Below, one piece after another: positions 1 through 11,222 of a DNA stretch of 64,000 nucleotides. Position 1 is the first letter of the stretch. Each line of letters starts with the position of its first letter. The position numbers and the translations under genes are program-made. The stretch covers positions 289,142,949-289,206,948 of the forward strand of contig NC_077230.1 of NCBI RefSeq assembly GCF_027887165.1. Reading direction: 5' to 3'. The stretch comes from Monodelphis domestica (taxonomy: Eukaryota). The notes under the pieces were generated by a model. That model was not told the DNA's origin and made no database searches. It saw only the letters and a program-made list of their open reading frames with translations.

Positions 1-94
1 GAAACAAATTTACAGAAGACACCTTCCCTCTCTCCCCCTCCAAAAAAAGCATGGAATGAGAATCTTAGCACACCTGGGGAAAAGTCCCCCCCCC

Positions 95-278
95 CTTTTT
101 TTTAAACCCTTACCTTCTGTCTTGGCTCCAAGGCAGAAGAGTGGTAAGGGCTAGGCAATGGGGGTCAAGTGACTTGCCCAGGGTCACACAGCTGGGAAGT
201 GTCTGAGGTCATATTTGAACCCAGGACTTCCCGTCTCTAGGCCTGGCTCTCAATCCACTGAACTACCCAGCTGCCCCC
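95..278 (-). mobile_element. tRNA-derived SINE, family A (antisense; T-tail at left)
   Basis: tttttttaaacccttaccttctgtcttgg...caatccactgaactacccagctgccccc; same element recurs >12 times in the window. Confidence 0.8.
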
Positions 279-599
279 GAAAAGGGCCCTTTAAGAAACT
301 TTTTTTTTTTTAATCACATTCAGTATAGTGTCATTTCACCAAATGTTTTCACTGCTGCCAATATCACATCCTCAAAGTCTACTGAATGATACCAAAAAGT
401 TAATTTGCTGGTTTGGAAAGTGACTAATCTTTTTCTTTTGTTTTGTTCCCTCTCCCCACGCTCCCTATCCCCGAAGCCAAGGATTTAAAAGCCTTGAAAC
501 CAATCATGACTGTTCCAAAATCATCAGTATCAATGCACATAAAGGGACCAAAAGCGAATATAAACGCTGAGGGGACTCTGTGGCGGAGGTTTAAAGCAG

Positions 600-1320
600 A
601 AATTCTTTAACGCCTCCAGCTGGACCCTCATCCCACCCCTGTGAAAAGTATCCGCAGGAAGTTACGACCAATCGGGGTCTCAGTGGAGAGGACGCCCTCG
701 CTGTCCCGCTTCTCCCCCAGGCCTCGGGACAGGACAACTTCAGAGCGGCCTCCCCATGGTCCTCCCGCAGAGCAGGGCGGGCACTGAAGCCTCACTGGGC
801 TCAGGACCTCTAGGAGAAAACCATTTCCCGCCCCAACCACAAGTATCCCAGGATCAATTCTGACACCTTTTTCCCCCACTCCCATCCCCCGCCACCATCC
901 TAAGTTACCGTTTTCGATCCCCGCAAGACCCACAGTCCACTTACAAACCGGCGCCACAGCCACCGCCACAGCCAGCGCCTCCCGCCCCATTTACAAATGA
1001 GCCACCGCCTCCCTCGAAGCCCCGCCTCCAACCCGCCGACGCCCCACCCGCTGGGGTCCCGAGGCATCTGGGAAGTGTAGTCTACTTTTGCCCGCGGGGT
1101 ACTGGACACAGGGCGTCACGAACTGGATTATGAACTACAACCCCCAGAATACGCCTCTGGTAAAGACGTTAGTGGTCCTTGACAGGATCAGGTTGCTTCT
1201 TCCGCTGGGACTAGAAAGGAAGACTGCGGCAGCAGGGGCGGCGGCGGCAGGGGCGGGGGAGGGGGCGGTTGGCCGTTCCCTATTTTTCCTGAATGAGAAC
1301 CGTTTCCAGAAACAAACTTT
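600..1320 (+). promoter_or_regulatory. PARP4: CpG island / putative PARP4 promoter and non-coding exon 1 region (TSS and exon-1 donor not resolved; could be bidirectional)
   Basis: Dense CpG and GC-rich sequence (GC boxes GGGGCGGGG at 1250-1268), otherwise absent from this AT-rich window. Lies ~12.4 kb upstream of the ATG exon, which itself starts with a splice acceptor (ttttttttaacag|gataaccATGG), implying an upstream non-coding exon. Confidence 0.5.
1134..1154 (+). promoter_or_regulatory. ZNF143/SBS-like motif ACTACAAcccCCAGaAtaCGC within the CpG island
   Basis: Matches the extended ZNF143 consensus ACTACAAnTCCCAGnAnTGC in its core positions (ACTACAA..CCCAG.A); such sites are typical of CpG-island promoters. 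Confidence 0.3.
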
Positions 1321-1674
1321 CGTAGCAGATGTTTGCTCTTTGCAACTGACTGTTCTAAACACCTAGGAATATAGGAATGGGCCAACCCTTAAGTTATGGG
1401 GTCGGATGTGCAACCTTATGCAGGAACTGAAGCTGTCAAGCAAGGCCAGCCCCGCTTCGGGAGCTGACGATACAAAAGATAATAACTAACATTTATAGAA
1501 TGCTTTACAGAAGATCTCCAAAGAGCCGTCCATGTATATGATTTCATTAAAGCCTCATGAGCCTGTGAAGTAGGTATTACAAGTACTATCCCCATTTTAG
1601 AGATGACGAAACTGAGGTCCAGAGTTGTGAAAGAGACCTGTCCATGGTAATAGTGCTAGTGTCCTAGGAAGAGG

Positions 1675-1892
1675 TTTTTTGGGGGGTTTGTTTTTCAACC
1701 TTTACCTTCTGTCTTACAATTGATACTAAGTATCAGTTCCAAAGCAGAAAAGCTGGAAGGGTTAGGCAATTGTAGTCCTGTGACTTGCCCAGGGTCATAC
1801 AGCTAGGAAGTATCTAAAGTCGAATTTGGATCCAGGAACAGCTCTCATCTAAGCCCTCTTCTTCAACCTGACTACTAGCCTGGTACAGCCTC
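1675..1892 (-). mobile_element. tRNA-derived SINE, family A (antisense, diverged)
   Basis: cctttaccttctgtcttacaattgatactaagtatc...gacttgcccagggtcatacagctaggaagtatctaaagtcgaatttgg. Confidence 0.7.
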
Positions 1893-1894
1893 TT

Positions 1895-2765
1895 ATCACC
1901 TCACACCGGGTGTTTGATATTCCTGTCTCAAGTTTCTCCCTATTTCAGTCTATCCTCCACTCAGCACTCAGCTGCCAAAGTAATCTTCCTAAAGTAGAAG
2001 TCAATGTGTCAGTCCCCTATTTAATCAATGCCAGTGGCTCTCTGGTGCCTCTAGGATTAAATATAAAATTCTCTAGCTTTTAAAGCCCTCTACAGGCTCT
2101 TTACTCCTATCCTTCTGCTCCCCTGAAGTTTGCAACCAGTGACCCTGGCCTTCTTGCTATTATTATTCCTTGCACAGGCACTGAATCTCCCAAATCTAGG
2201 AATTTTCTTTCTTAAAAAAAAAAAAAGCCTTTCCTTCTGTCTTAGAATTGGTATTATCATTTTTAATTCATAATATATTTCTACATAATTAATGTAATAT
2301 AATTCATAATAATATAATAATTGATATTAAGCATCATTTCCAAGGCATAAAAATGGTAAGGGCTTGGCAATGGGATTTAAATTACTTGCTTAGAGTAACA
2401 ACAGCTAGTAAGTATATGAAGTCAAATTTGAATCCAGAATCTTCCATCTCCAAGCCTGGTGCTCTATCCCCAGAGCCATCTACTTCAGGGATCCATTTGT
2501 CTGTCCCCTATACCTAGAACTCTCTCCTCCTTTATCTCTGCCTCCTAACTTTTATAGCTTCCTTCCAAGGCCAAGCTAAAATCCCACCTTCTAATTCCAG
2601 TGCTTTCCCTATTTTAATTATTTCCTATTTATCCTTTATGTCGCTCCTTTGTATATATCTGTTTGCATGTTGTCTTCCCTATTACAAGGTAAGCTCCTTG
2701 TGAGCAGGGATTATCTTTTGTTTCTTTTTGTAGATATTTAATAAATGTTTATTGAACTAAATAAG
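1895..2765 (+). mobile_element. Unclassified ~0.9 kb interspersed repeat (family C), split by a family-A SINE at 2205-2490
   Basis: The body and the characteristic 3' end (...aggtaagctccttgtgagcagggattatc...taataaatgtttattgaac) recur at 14690-14960 and 16195-17085. Confidence 0.6.
2205..2490 (-). mobile_element. tRNA-derived SINE, family A (antisense) with an internal AT-rich insertion, inserted into the family-C repeat
   Basis: gcctttccttctgtcttagaattggtatt...[AT-rich 2260-2330]...catttccaaggcataaaaatggtaagggcttggcaatggg...gaatccagaatcttccatctccaagcctggtgctctatcc. Confidence 0.7.
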
Positions 2766-3094
2766 CCTTCCCTCTCTTGGTTAGTTCCAACTTAAATTAT
2801 ACATACTCTATCTTTCTTGTACATAGTTGTTTGCAGGGATGTGCTAACATCTAGTGGTCTAGAACAAAGTGTACCCTTGAATAAACACGTGATAGAGAGC
2901 ATTGCAAGATGAAAAATGAATAATTTTGAATACATTCAGGAGATTTGGACAAACAAGATTTGAAAGAAAGCAGAAAATTGAGGGGAAATTTTAAAGAGTT
3001 TTTGGGATGGAGGTCTCATATCCAAAATACATAGAAAATTTTGTCAAATTTAAAGGAAGATGAGCCATTCCTCAATTGATTTATGGTAAAAAAA

Positions 3095-3830
3095 AAACTA
3101 TGAATAATTATTGGATTAAGAACTCAAAACATATGAAAAAATGTTCTAAATCATTACTGATTAGAGAATGGAAATCAAAACAATTCTACAGTATTATCTC
3201 ACATCTATCAGATTGGCTAAAGTGATAAAAGGGGGGGAAATGACAAATATTGGAGGCAATGTGGAAAAATGGGGACACTAATACAGTAGTGGTGTAACTA
3301 TGAACTGATTTAACTACTTAGGAGAGTAATTTGGAATTATGCCTAAAGAGTTATAAAACTGTGTGTGCTGTTAGACCCAGCAATACCAGTTTGGGGTCTG
3401 TTTCTCAAGATGATAAGGGAAAAATGAAAAGAATCTATGTGTTCCAAAATATTTATAGCAGGTCTTTGTGGTACATGATTGTGACAGAATATTACTGCAC
3501 CATAAGAAATGATGAGCAGATTAAATTTTTGTTAAATGGAAAGATCTACTTGAAATTATGAAGTGAGATGAGTACGACCAAGAGAACACTCTATACAACT
3601 ATAGAATTAGTATTTAAAGAATAACCTGTGAATGTCCACCTCTATAGAAAGGACTGATAAACAGAAACCTGAAAGATATTATATATATGTATATATATAC
3701 ATATATATATGTATTTTTAAAAATTTGTTGTTGTTGGATGTTGCCTCCTTTGATGCAGGGAGAAAGAGGGGAGAAGGGGTGAGATACCTGGGAATTTTAA
3801 AGTAAAAAAACTAATATTTTTAAATGTACA
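3095..3830 (+). mobile_element. L1 3' end fragment (sense): ORF2 C-terminal coding remnant plus 3' UTR
   Basis: Near-duplicate of 8195-9350: ...caattctacagtattatctcacatctatcagattggctaaagtgataaaag...tggaggcaatgtggaaaaatggggacactaatacag...ccaaagagttataaaactgtgtg... Confidence 0.7.
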
Positions 3831-6800
3831 CTTGACACACTTTTGAGTTTAATCTGCATATTGTTATCTTCTTCTCTATCACTTAAGTCTCAACAATCAA
3901 CAAAAAACAATAAATAAGCCCTGATTTGTAGCCTCAGCTGATTTCAAAGATGTAAATTCTCTCATTGCAAATTTAATAACTGGCTCTCTAAAGAGGGTTT
4001 CAGCTGTCTTTTGACATTCCTGTTGTTTGTATGTTAATAAATGCTTGTTGAATTGAGGAAACTGACTCCTCTTTTGTAAAATAGAGATAATACTTTAAGG
4101 ACTAACTTCAAAGGGTTTTTAGGTTAACATTTGTAATCATAATAAACTAATAACTGAGCTATTAGAGAAGATCAGTATGGATTGGAGTATTTGGAGTTAA
4201 GCTAACTACAGAATTTTAAGTACATTGCAGAAATTTTAATCTCCCAAACCAAAAGTATAGTGAATTTTATTCCATATAAGAATTATCTTTGTCCCTTTAT
4301 CTCTCCTCTTCTACCTCTTTTTTAAAAATCTAGACCTGTGATTTCATCAGTGTGGAAATCCTTTGACTGATGAAGATCAACAACTCCTACTTTTGGGGTT
4401 GCGGGGTTTAGGGGACAGAAGTCACATCACAGAGTTAAAAGGCATTATTTGAATCTGGATCTTTCTGACACCCAAGACTAGCCCTCTCTATCCACTAAAC
4501 CTCTAGTTATTCCATTTATTGCCTTGTATATTTGAGAATTCAGTTTTAAATTTCCTTTGCAAGCAAAAATTTCCTTTGATACATTTTATTAACAATAACA
4601 ATATAGTACTATAACTGCATTCAAATATCCACCAGTTAACCAAGCATTTATTAAGTACCTAGGCACTGAGGAAACACACAAAGAATGAAATAATCCCTGA
4701 TCAGAGAATTTATATTCTATAGGAAACAAACACATGTGTATACCAAATAAATAGGGAATACATACAAAATAGTTAAAAACAAGGTAGTCTGAGGAGAGTA
4801 TTTATAATGAGAAGATGAGGAAATTCTTCCTATAAAAAAATGCTGCTCAAGCTATATTGAGGAAGAGCGATTCTATGGGGCAGAGGTAAGGAGGAAGTAC
4901 CTTCCATGCAGGGAGGGCAAGCCTACATAACCAGTGAAAATACTACTACCTAACTTCTGACCAAGAAGAGTTAGGAGATGAAACCAGGCAATTTCATTAA
5001 AGAGATCAGAGTCCACTGCTCAAATTTCCATTTGTTGAAAGTAAAATGTAGGCTCCATGAAGGCTAACTTCTCACTTTTGTATTTGTATACCCATCATCT
5101 AGCACAATAATAGGACCTTAATAAATGCTTGTTAATTAAATGACAAATATCTAACCTAACAATTAGAATCTTAAGTTAGAAAGAACCTCATAGGTAATCT
5201 AATCTAAGATATACTTCATGAAATAAATACAAAACAAGAATTTCCTCTACAATAGCCCCAACAAGTTATCATTCAGCCTTCACTTGAAGGCCTCTATGGA
5301 GGTGGAACCCACTACTCCCCATCGAAGACCTTTCCACTTTTCTAACCGGAAAAGCACTCATCAGGCTTCTTTTTTTTCCAAGTTCTCCTTTCTGATAAAA
5401 ACCAAGATTGAGTAGGTAAAGAATTTAGAGTTGGTTTTTTTGTTTGTTTGTTTTTCAGAAAATTACAGCAGACATAACTAACTGAAGAAGTAGTATGTCC
5501 AAGATAAATATGGATCAGTAAGCACAATATGAAACATTATTATGCAAAATTACAAGTATTATTCTATAAGCTTACTGGGGCATGGGGGGAGAGATGGAGG
5601 GGGACTCAGGGGAGGCCTGATTGCTTGAAAAATCTCCCAGTCGAGATAGCCAAAGTTCAGCTTGAAAGTTTTATTCCTACTTAGGATGTACAAAATGCAG
5701 GTTCTCACTTTGCCAACTGAAATGAGGTAGGTGGGGGAAGAGGTCAGGGAGCCTCTCCAAGAACTCTTAAACCCACCAACAAAATAAGAGTTTTTACATT
5801 TCCTTGGGTCTTATTTGCCAAGCACTTCTCAAAACGGGGAGCTGAAAAATCTTTTAATGTCAGGATACTTACTACATGTTTGACTCACGGAAAGTCTTAA
5901 CCTTTCTGGCCCTCAAGTTTCATCTGTAAAATAAGAGGGGCAGGGCATGGGGTCATGGAGTGAATCTCAATCCTACCTCTGGCACTCGCTACTTGTGGAC
6001 CTGGAAAGTCTCTTTGTGCTGTTTTCTCTTCTATATAAAATGAGGACGTTGGATTTGACAGACTGTGAGGTCCTTTCCAGCTCTCGAATCTCTCTGCCCC
6101 AGCAATTGTCGGGAAGAAGGAAAATTCTTGGGAGTAAGTTTCATCGTCCATCAGTGGAGGCCAAGTTACTAGGTCCTCTTGTAGTTCAGCCGGGGAAGGC
6201 GGAGTCTGCTCCCATGCCCCCACCCCTTTCCGCCCTCCATATACGCCCGCTAACAGGAGCATTCTGGGAAGGGAAAGGGAGTCTTTCCAAGTCCTTGGGT
6301 GTTTTCTTTCGGTTTTGAGGGTTTGGGTTTTTCCCCTGGTTCCGTAGAACAGTCTAGAACTTGGAAGCAGGAAACCCTCGGATAGAGGGGCATAAATCCC
6401 GCTGCCAGGTGTGTATGAGCCCTTCTCAGCTCCCTTTGAACTATCCTTTCCCTGAGTTGAACTTCCAGTCTTGCTTTTCTGTTGCCACCTATCAGCCAAA
6501 GTCTGACTGCTTCTAGCCGCTGTTCTGTGCTGCATCCCCAGGGTGCTTTTGCGTCTTCTTATGCTCTGTGACAGTTGGCGGCTTTCAACTACCCCCTCCT
6601 CCCTAGACTGATATGCCTCAAGTTCAAATGATAGGTTATTATTGTCTTTTAAATGCACCATATGTTTGAGGTCACTTGGTTCTTAAGCAAAGTTTCTCTT
6701 CGAGAAGATCTCTTAGTTCTCATAATCCTCAAAGTCGGGTGATTGTTTATTTTATTTTCAAGGGGTGAGGTAGGATTTTGAGGAAGAAGGAAATGGAAGG

Positions 6801-7002
6801 TTTGGATTTGATGTGGTGATACAGAAATATTTTAAATGAACACATCGCATGCCATTTTGTTGTTTGTTAAAACATTTCAATTTTGAAATGTGAGAATACT
6901 TGAAAAAGAAGTAGAATGGTTGTTGAGTGCCCATTGTTGGGAATTTAATATACTACACTTCCTGTCTAGTATATAATGTTTTAAGTTTGATCATATGGTT
7001 AG

Positions 7003-7022
7003 CATATATATATATATATATC
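7003..7022 (+). repeat. (TA)n microsatellite
   Basis: atatatatatatatatat. Confidence 0.85.
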
Positions 7023-8194
7023 CTTCTATAGAAATTTATATATACATATATAGATATGGGAGTGGTTGGATTTGAGGAGTGTAAGGTTCCCTTCAACTTT
7101 AAAGTATTATGGTTTTGTATTTTGTTTGTTTTTCATTATTAGTTGCATCTTTTAAAAGCAGTTCTGAAACTAAAATGTGGGTAGAAATGACCATTAGTTC
7201 CCTAACTCCTAGGCCTGATGATTTCAGGGAAAGTTTTTATTGTGGGAGGGGAGCTAAGGGAGTGTCTTGATGATTAAGAGTTAAGAAATGAAATTTGACC
7301 TCATCTTGATAACTGATGGGGGAGTGGAAATGTTTTTGCTCCTGCCTTATCTCTCTCCAGTATTATTTCTCCTTCTTAACCACTCTCCATATTCTACTTG
7401 TTTCCCAGTTGAGTTTGAGATATTTCTACATTAAACTGTGTATATATGTTAAACCCTCCTTTGACTACTTTCAGATCAGAGTGAAATTCACTGAATGGCC
7501 ACTTTCCTTACCCCTTCCTCTATACTTATTCTGACAAACTCCAAAGTTGAGAAAATAGCACTTTCTCCCTCCCATCCTTTCCTCCTTTCTACAATAATGT
7601 ATTCCTTTTGCTACCCCTGTCTTTTCCATCTTCAAATACTCATAACTAATCCACTTCCAGGGCCTCTTTTTCTTAATTATCCCCTGAATCCCCTTTGAAG
7701 ATGTTGAAGGATACTTATTTTTCTTCACATCTTAAAAAGTTATCACTTCCTTTCATGGGAAGCTGATACTTGTAACTCCTAAGAACTTTATCATATTATC
7801 ATAGAAAGAGTATACCTAGACAGAGGGCAAGGGTATGAGTTGAACATAATGATATGATATCTAAAAAGATAAAACTAAGGAGTGAAAAAGAGAAATGCAC
7901 TGAGAGAAGACTTAAGGGAGAGGCAGAATTGGGTAAATTATCTCAAATAAAAGTGACACAAAAGTGCTTTTATGGTGATGGGGAAGATGGGGTAGTTGGG
8001 GGTAGAGTGCTTGAACCTTACTGAAATCAGACTCAGTTGGTTATAGAAATCTATCACCTACAGGAAAGTAGGAGGTGAAGGGGATAAGAGAAAAGGAGTG
8101 GGGCAATAGAATGGAGGACAAATTGGGGAAAGTGGTGGTCAAAAGCAAAAGGCTTTTGAGGATAGACAGGGTAAAAGGAAAGAGTAGGGAAAAA

Positions 8195-9352
8195 AGATGG
8201 AGGTTAATACACAGTAATCATAATGGTGAAAAAATTATGTTTCTCTAATAAAAATCCTTATTTCTCAAATACATAGAGAAGTGAGTCAAATGTATAAGAA
8301 TATAAATCATTCCCCAGTTAATAATGGTCAAAGGATATAAAAAAGGCAGTTTTCAGATGAAACAGTCAAAACTATATATAACTATGTGAAAAAAATACTC
8401 TAAATCATTATTAGAAAAATGCAAATGAAACAACTCAGAGGTACCACCTCATACCTATCAGACTGACTACTATGACAGAAAAGGAAAATGACAACAGTTG
8501 GAGGTATGTGGGGAAATTGAGACACTAATGCATTGTGAGAGTTGTAAATTAATTGAGACTAGAAAGCACTTTGGACCTATGCCCAAAGAACTGTAAAACT
8601 AAATCTACCCTTTGACCCAACAATATCATTACTAGGTCTCTATCCAGGGAATAGGACCTATATGTACAAAAGGAAAAGGATATATATGTATATATATTAT
8701 ATTATTTATATATTTTATTATATATTTACATATATATTATGTATATATATGTAAAAATATTTAAAGCAGATTTTTTTGTGGTGGTAAATTGAAAAGTTAG
8801 GGGATACCCATCAATTGGGGAATAGTTAAGTAAGCTCTGGTATATGCTTCTAATGGAATACTGTATTGTGCTATAAGAAATGATGAGTAGGATGATTTCA
8901 GAAAAACTAGGACTTTCATGAATTAATGCAGAATGAAGTGAGCAGGAGAACCAGAAGAACACTGTACATTGTCATAGCAATACTGTACAATGAACAATTG
9001 TGATTGATTTAGCTGTTTTCAGCAGTACAAAGATCCAAGACAATCCCAAAGGATCAGGATGAAAATTGCCATCTGCCTCCAGAAAAACCCAATGCAGTCT
9101 GAATCCAAATGAAAGCATACATTTCACTTTTTTCATTTTTTAGTCATTTTCTTCCACAAAAGAGCCAATATGGAAAAATATTTTACATTGTTATTTGCAC
9201 ATGTAAAATCTATATCATATTGCTTACTGTCTCAGTGAAGTGTGAGAGGAAGGAGCAAGGGAGAGAAAACAGAAGTCAAAATTTTTTTTAAAAACCCAAT
9301 GTTAAAAATTTTACAAATAATTGGGGGGAAGAAAGAAAAAAAAAGCACTATA
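8195..9352 (+). mobile_element. L1 3' end fragment (sense), interrupted by a TA-rich microsatellite at 8680-8760
   Basis: ...aaatcattattagaaaaatgcaaatgaaacaactcagaggtaccacctcatacctatcagactgactactatgacagaaaagg...cccaaagaactgtaaaactaaatc...; translation resembles the L1 ORF2 C-terminus. Confidence 0.75.
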
Positions 9353-10004
9353 TCACCATCATCCAACTACTTCCATCTGCTCCAATAAATTTACCTTTCT
9401 TAAGTTTTGCTAAACTCTTGTGTTTATAGTTCAGTTCTTACTCAGCTCTGGTCTTCATCATAAGTGTTAGAATGTCCTTTGTTCATTAAACATAATTTTT
9501 TTCCCTTTGTAGGATTATATTTAGTTTTGCAGGACAAGTTTGTTGTAAAACTCCTTTTTGACCTTTGGAAAATTGTAAAATATTGGAAGATCTCCTTGGG
9601 TTTTTAGTAGAAGCTTCCAGGGTTTGTGTGATCCTGATTGTAATTCCAAAGCTAGCTAATCAGTCAATACATAATTACTATGCAAAGGACCAAGTATACA
9701 AAGAACTCAAAATCTCAAGGAGTTCACAGACTATCAGGAAAACAACATGAAAATAATTTATGTACAACAAGATATATACAGAAGAAAGTGGAGATAATCA
9801 ATAGGGAAAAGGTATTTGCATTAAGGGAGACTAGGAAAGGCACTGTAGAAGGTGGCATTTTAACTGGGCATTGACGAAATTAGGGGAAAGAAATAATGTA
9901 AGGAGACTAGAAGAAGGAGCAGGAAGATTATAAAAAACTTTGAGTACCAAACAGAGGATTTGTTTTCAGTGATTTTTCCCCCAATTACATGTAGAAGCAA
10001 TTTT

Positions 10005-10188
10005 TAAAAACCCTTACCTTCTGTGTTAATATCATTTTTAAGACAGAAGAATGGCAAGAGCTAGGCAATTGGGGTTAAATTATTGCCCAAGGTCACACAA
10101 CTAGAAAATGTCTTGAGGTCAGATTTGAACCCAGATCTTCCCAATTCCAGGCCTGGTGTTCTATCCAATATGCTACTAGCTAAACCCC
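10005..10188 (-). mobile_element. tRNA-derived SINE family A, inserted into L1, with a 14-15 bp target-site duplication agaagcaatttttaa
   Basis: Identical agaagcaatttttaa flanks both ends (9993-10007 and 10189-10203). Confidence 0.85.
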
Positions 10189-10384
10189 AGAAGCAATTTT
10201 TAACATTGATTTTTTAAAATATTTTGAGTTCTAAATTCTTTCCATCCCTCTGCTTCCCTCTCCCTGAGATAGTAAGCAATTTGGTATAGGTTATACATAT
10301 TCTAACATATAATGCATATTGCCATATTCATCATGTTATAGAAGAAGACACACATCACTAAAAGAAAAACTTTTGGAATCAATA

Positions 10385-10548
10385 CTGTGTATTGGTTCCA
10401 AGGCAGAAGAGTGGTAAGGGCTAGGGAATGGGGATTAAATGACTTGCCAGGGTCACACAGTTGGGAAGTGTCTGAGGCCAGATTTGAATCTCGGACTTTC
10501 CATCTCTAGGACTGGCTTTCAATCTACTGAGCTACCCAGCTGCCCCCT
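10385..10548 (-). mobile_element. tRNA-derived SINE family A (tail-truncated), second insertion into the same L1
   Basis: aatactgtgtattggttccaaggcagaagagtggtaagggctagggaatgggg...ctactgagctacccagctgccccc. Confidence 0.8.
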
Positions 10549-11002
10549 AAAAGAAAAACTGTTAAGGACGATAAAGTGAAAAATAGTATGCTTGGATCTG
10601 CATTGAGACTCCATCAGTTATTTCTTTGGTAATGGATAGCACTTTTCACCATGAGCCCTTTGGAGCTGTCTTATATCATTGTATTGATGGTAATAGCCAA
10701 GTCTTACAGTTGATCACTGTACAAGTATTGCTATTACTATGTAACAATGTTCTTTTAGTTCTGTTCACTTCACTTTGCATTAGTTCATACAAGTCTTTCC
10801 AGGTTTTTCTGAAATCATCCCAAATAAAGGATATTTGATCCTGGAGGTGACAGGAAGGCATTAGAGTTTATTGAGTAGGTGGAGGTGATAAATGGTCAGA
10901 TTGTGCTTTAGAAAGATCACTTTGGCAGCTGAGTGAGGGTGGACTGAAGGTGGGATAAACATGTGTCAGGGACACCAAGCAGCAGGTTATTACAATAGTC
11001 TA

Positions 11003-11222
11003 GTCATGAGGTGGCCAAATGATGCAGTGGATAAAATGCTAGGCCAGGAGTCAGGAACACCTGTGTTCTAACCCATCCTTAGACACTTACTAGCTGTGTG
11101 AAACCTAACCTCAGTTTGCCTCTGGAGAAGGAAATGGCAAACCACTCCAGTAGTCTTGCTAAGAAAATTCCATGGACAGTATGGTCCACAGGATCACAAA
11201 GAGTCAGACAACTGAACAACAG
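11003..11222 (+). mobile_element. tRNA/CORE-RTE type SINE (family B)
   Basis: ...acttactagctgtgtgaaacctaacctcagtttgcctctggagaaggaaatggcaaaccactccagtagtcttgctaagaaaattccatggacag...ggatcacaaagagtcagacaactgaacaac. Confidence 0.8.

Larger units (their letters stand above)
9963..10838 (-). mobile_element. L1 3' end fragment (antisense), interrupted by two SINEs (10005-10188 and 10385-10548)
   Basis: The antisense L1 3' terminus motif (tttttaaaatattttgagttctaaattctttccatccctc) and the downstream ...ggatagcacttttcaccatgag...gttgatcactgtacaagtattgctattac... match the copies at 13255-13690, 34900-35240 and 61125-61600. Confidence 0.7.

Noticed and set aside
628-1385. ORFs of 65-120 aa within the CpG island (poly-Pro, poly-Ala and poly-Gly translations)
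   Set aside because: A GC-rich compositional effect in the promoter region. There is no homology and the frames overlap on both strands.
9620-9700. A shared ~20-mer (attgtaattccaaRatagctaa) also found at 29985-30010
   Set aside because: It is too short and too isolated to call a repeat family. It is probably a fragment of an unrecognised element or a chance match.
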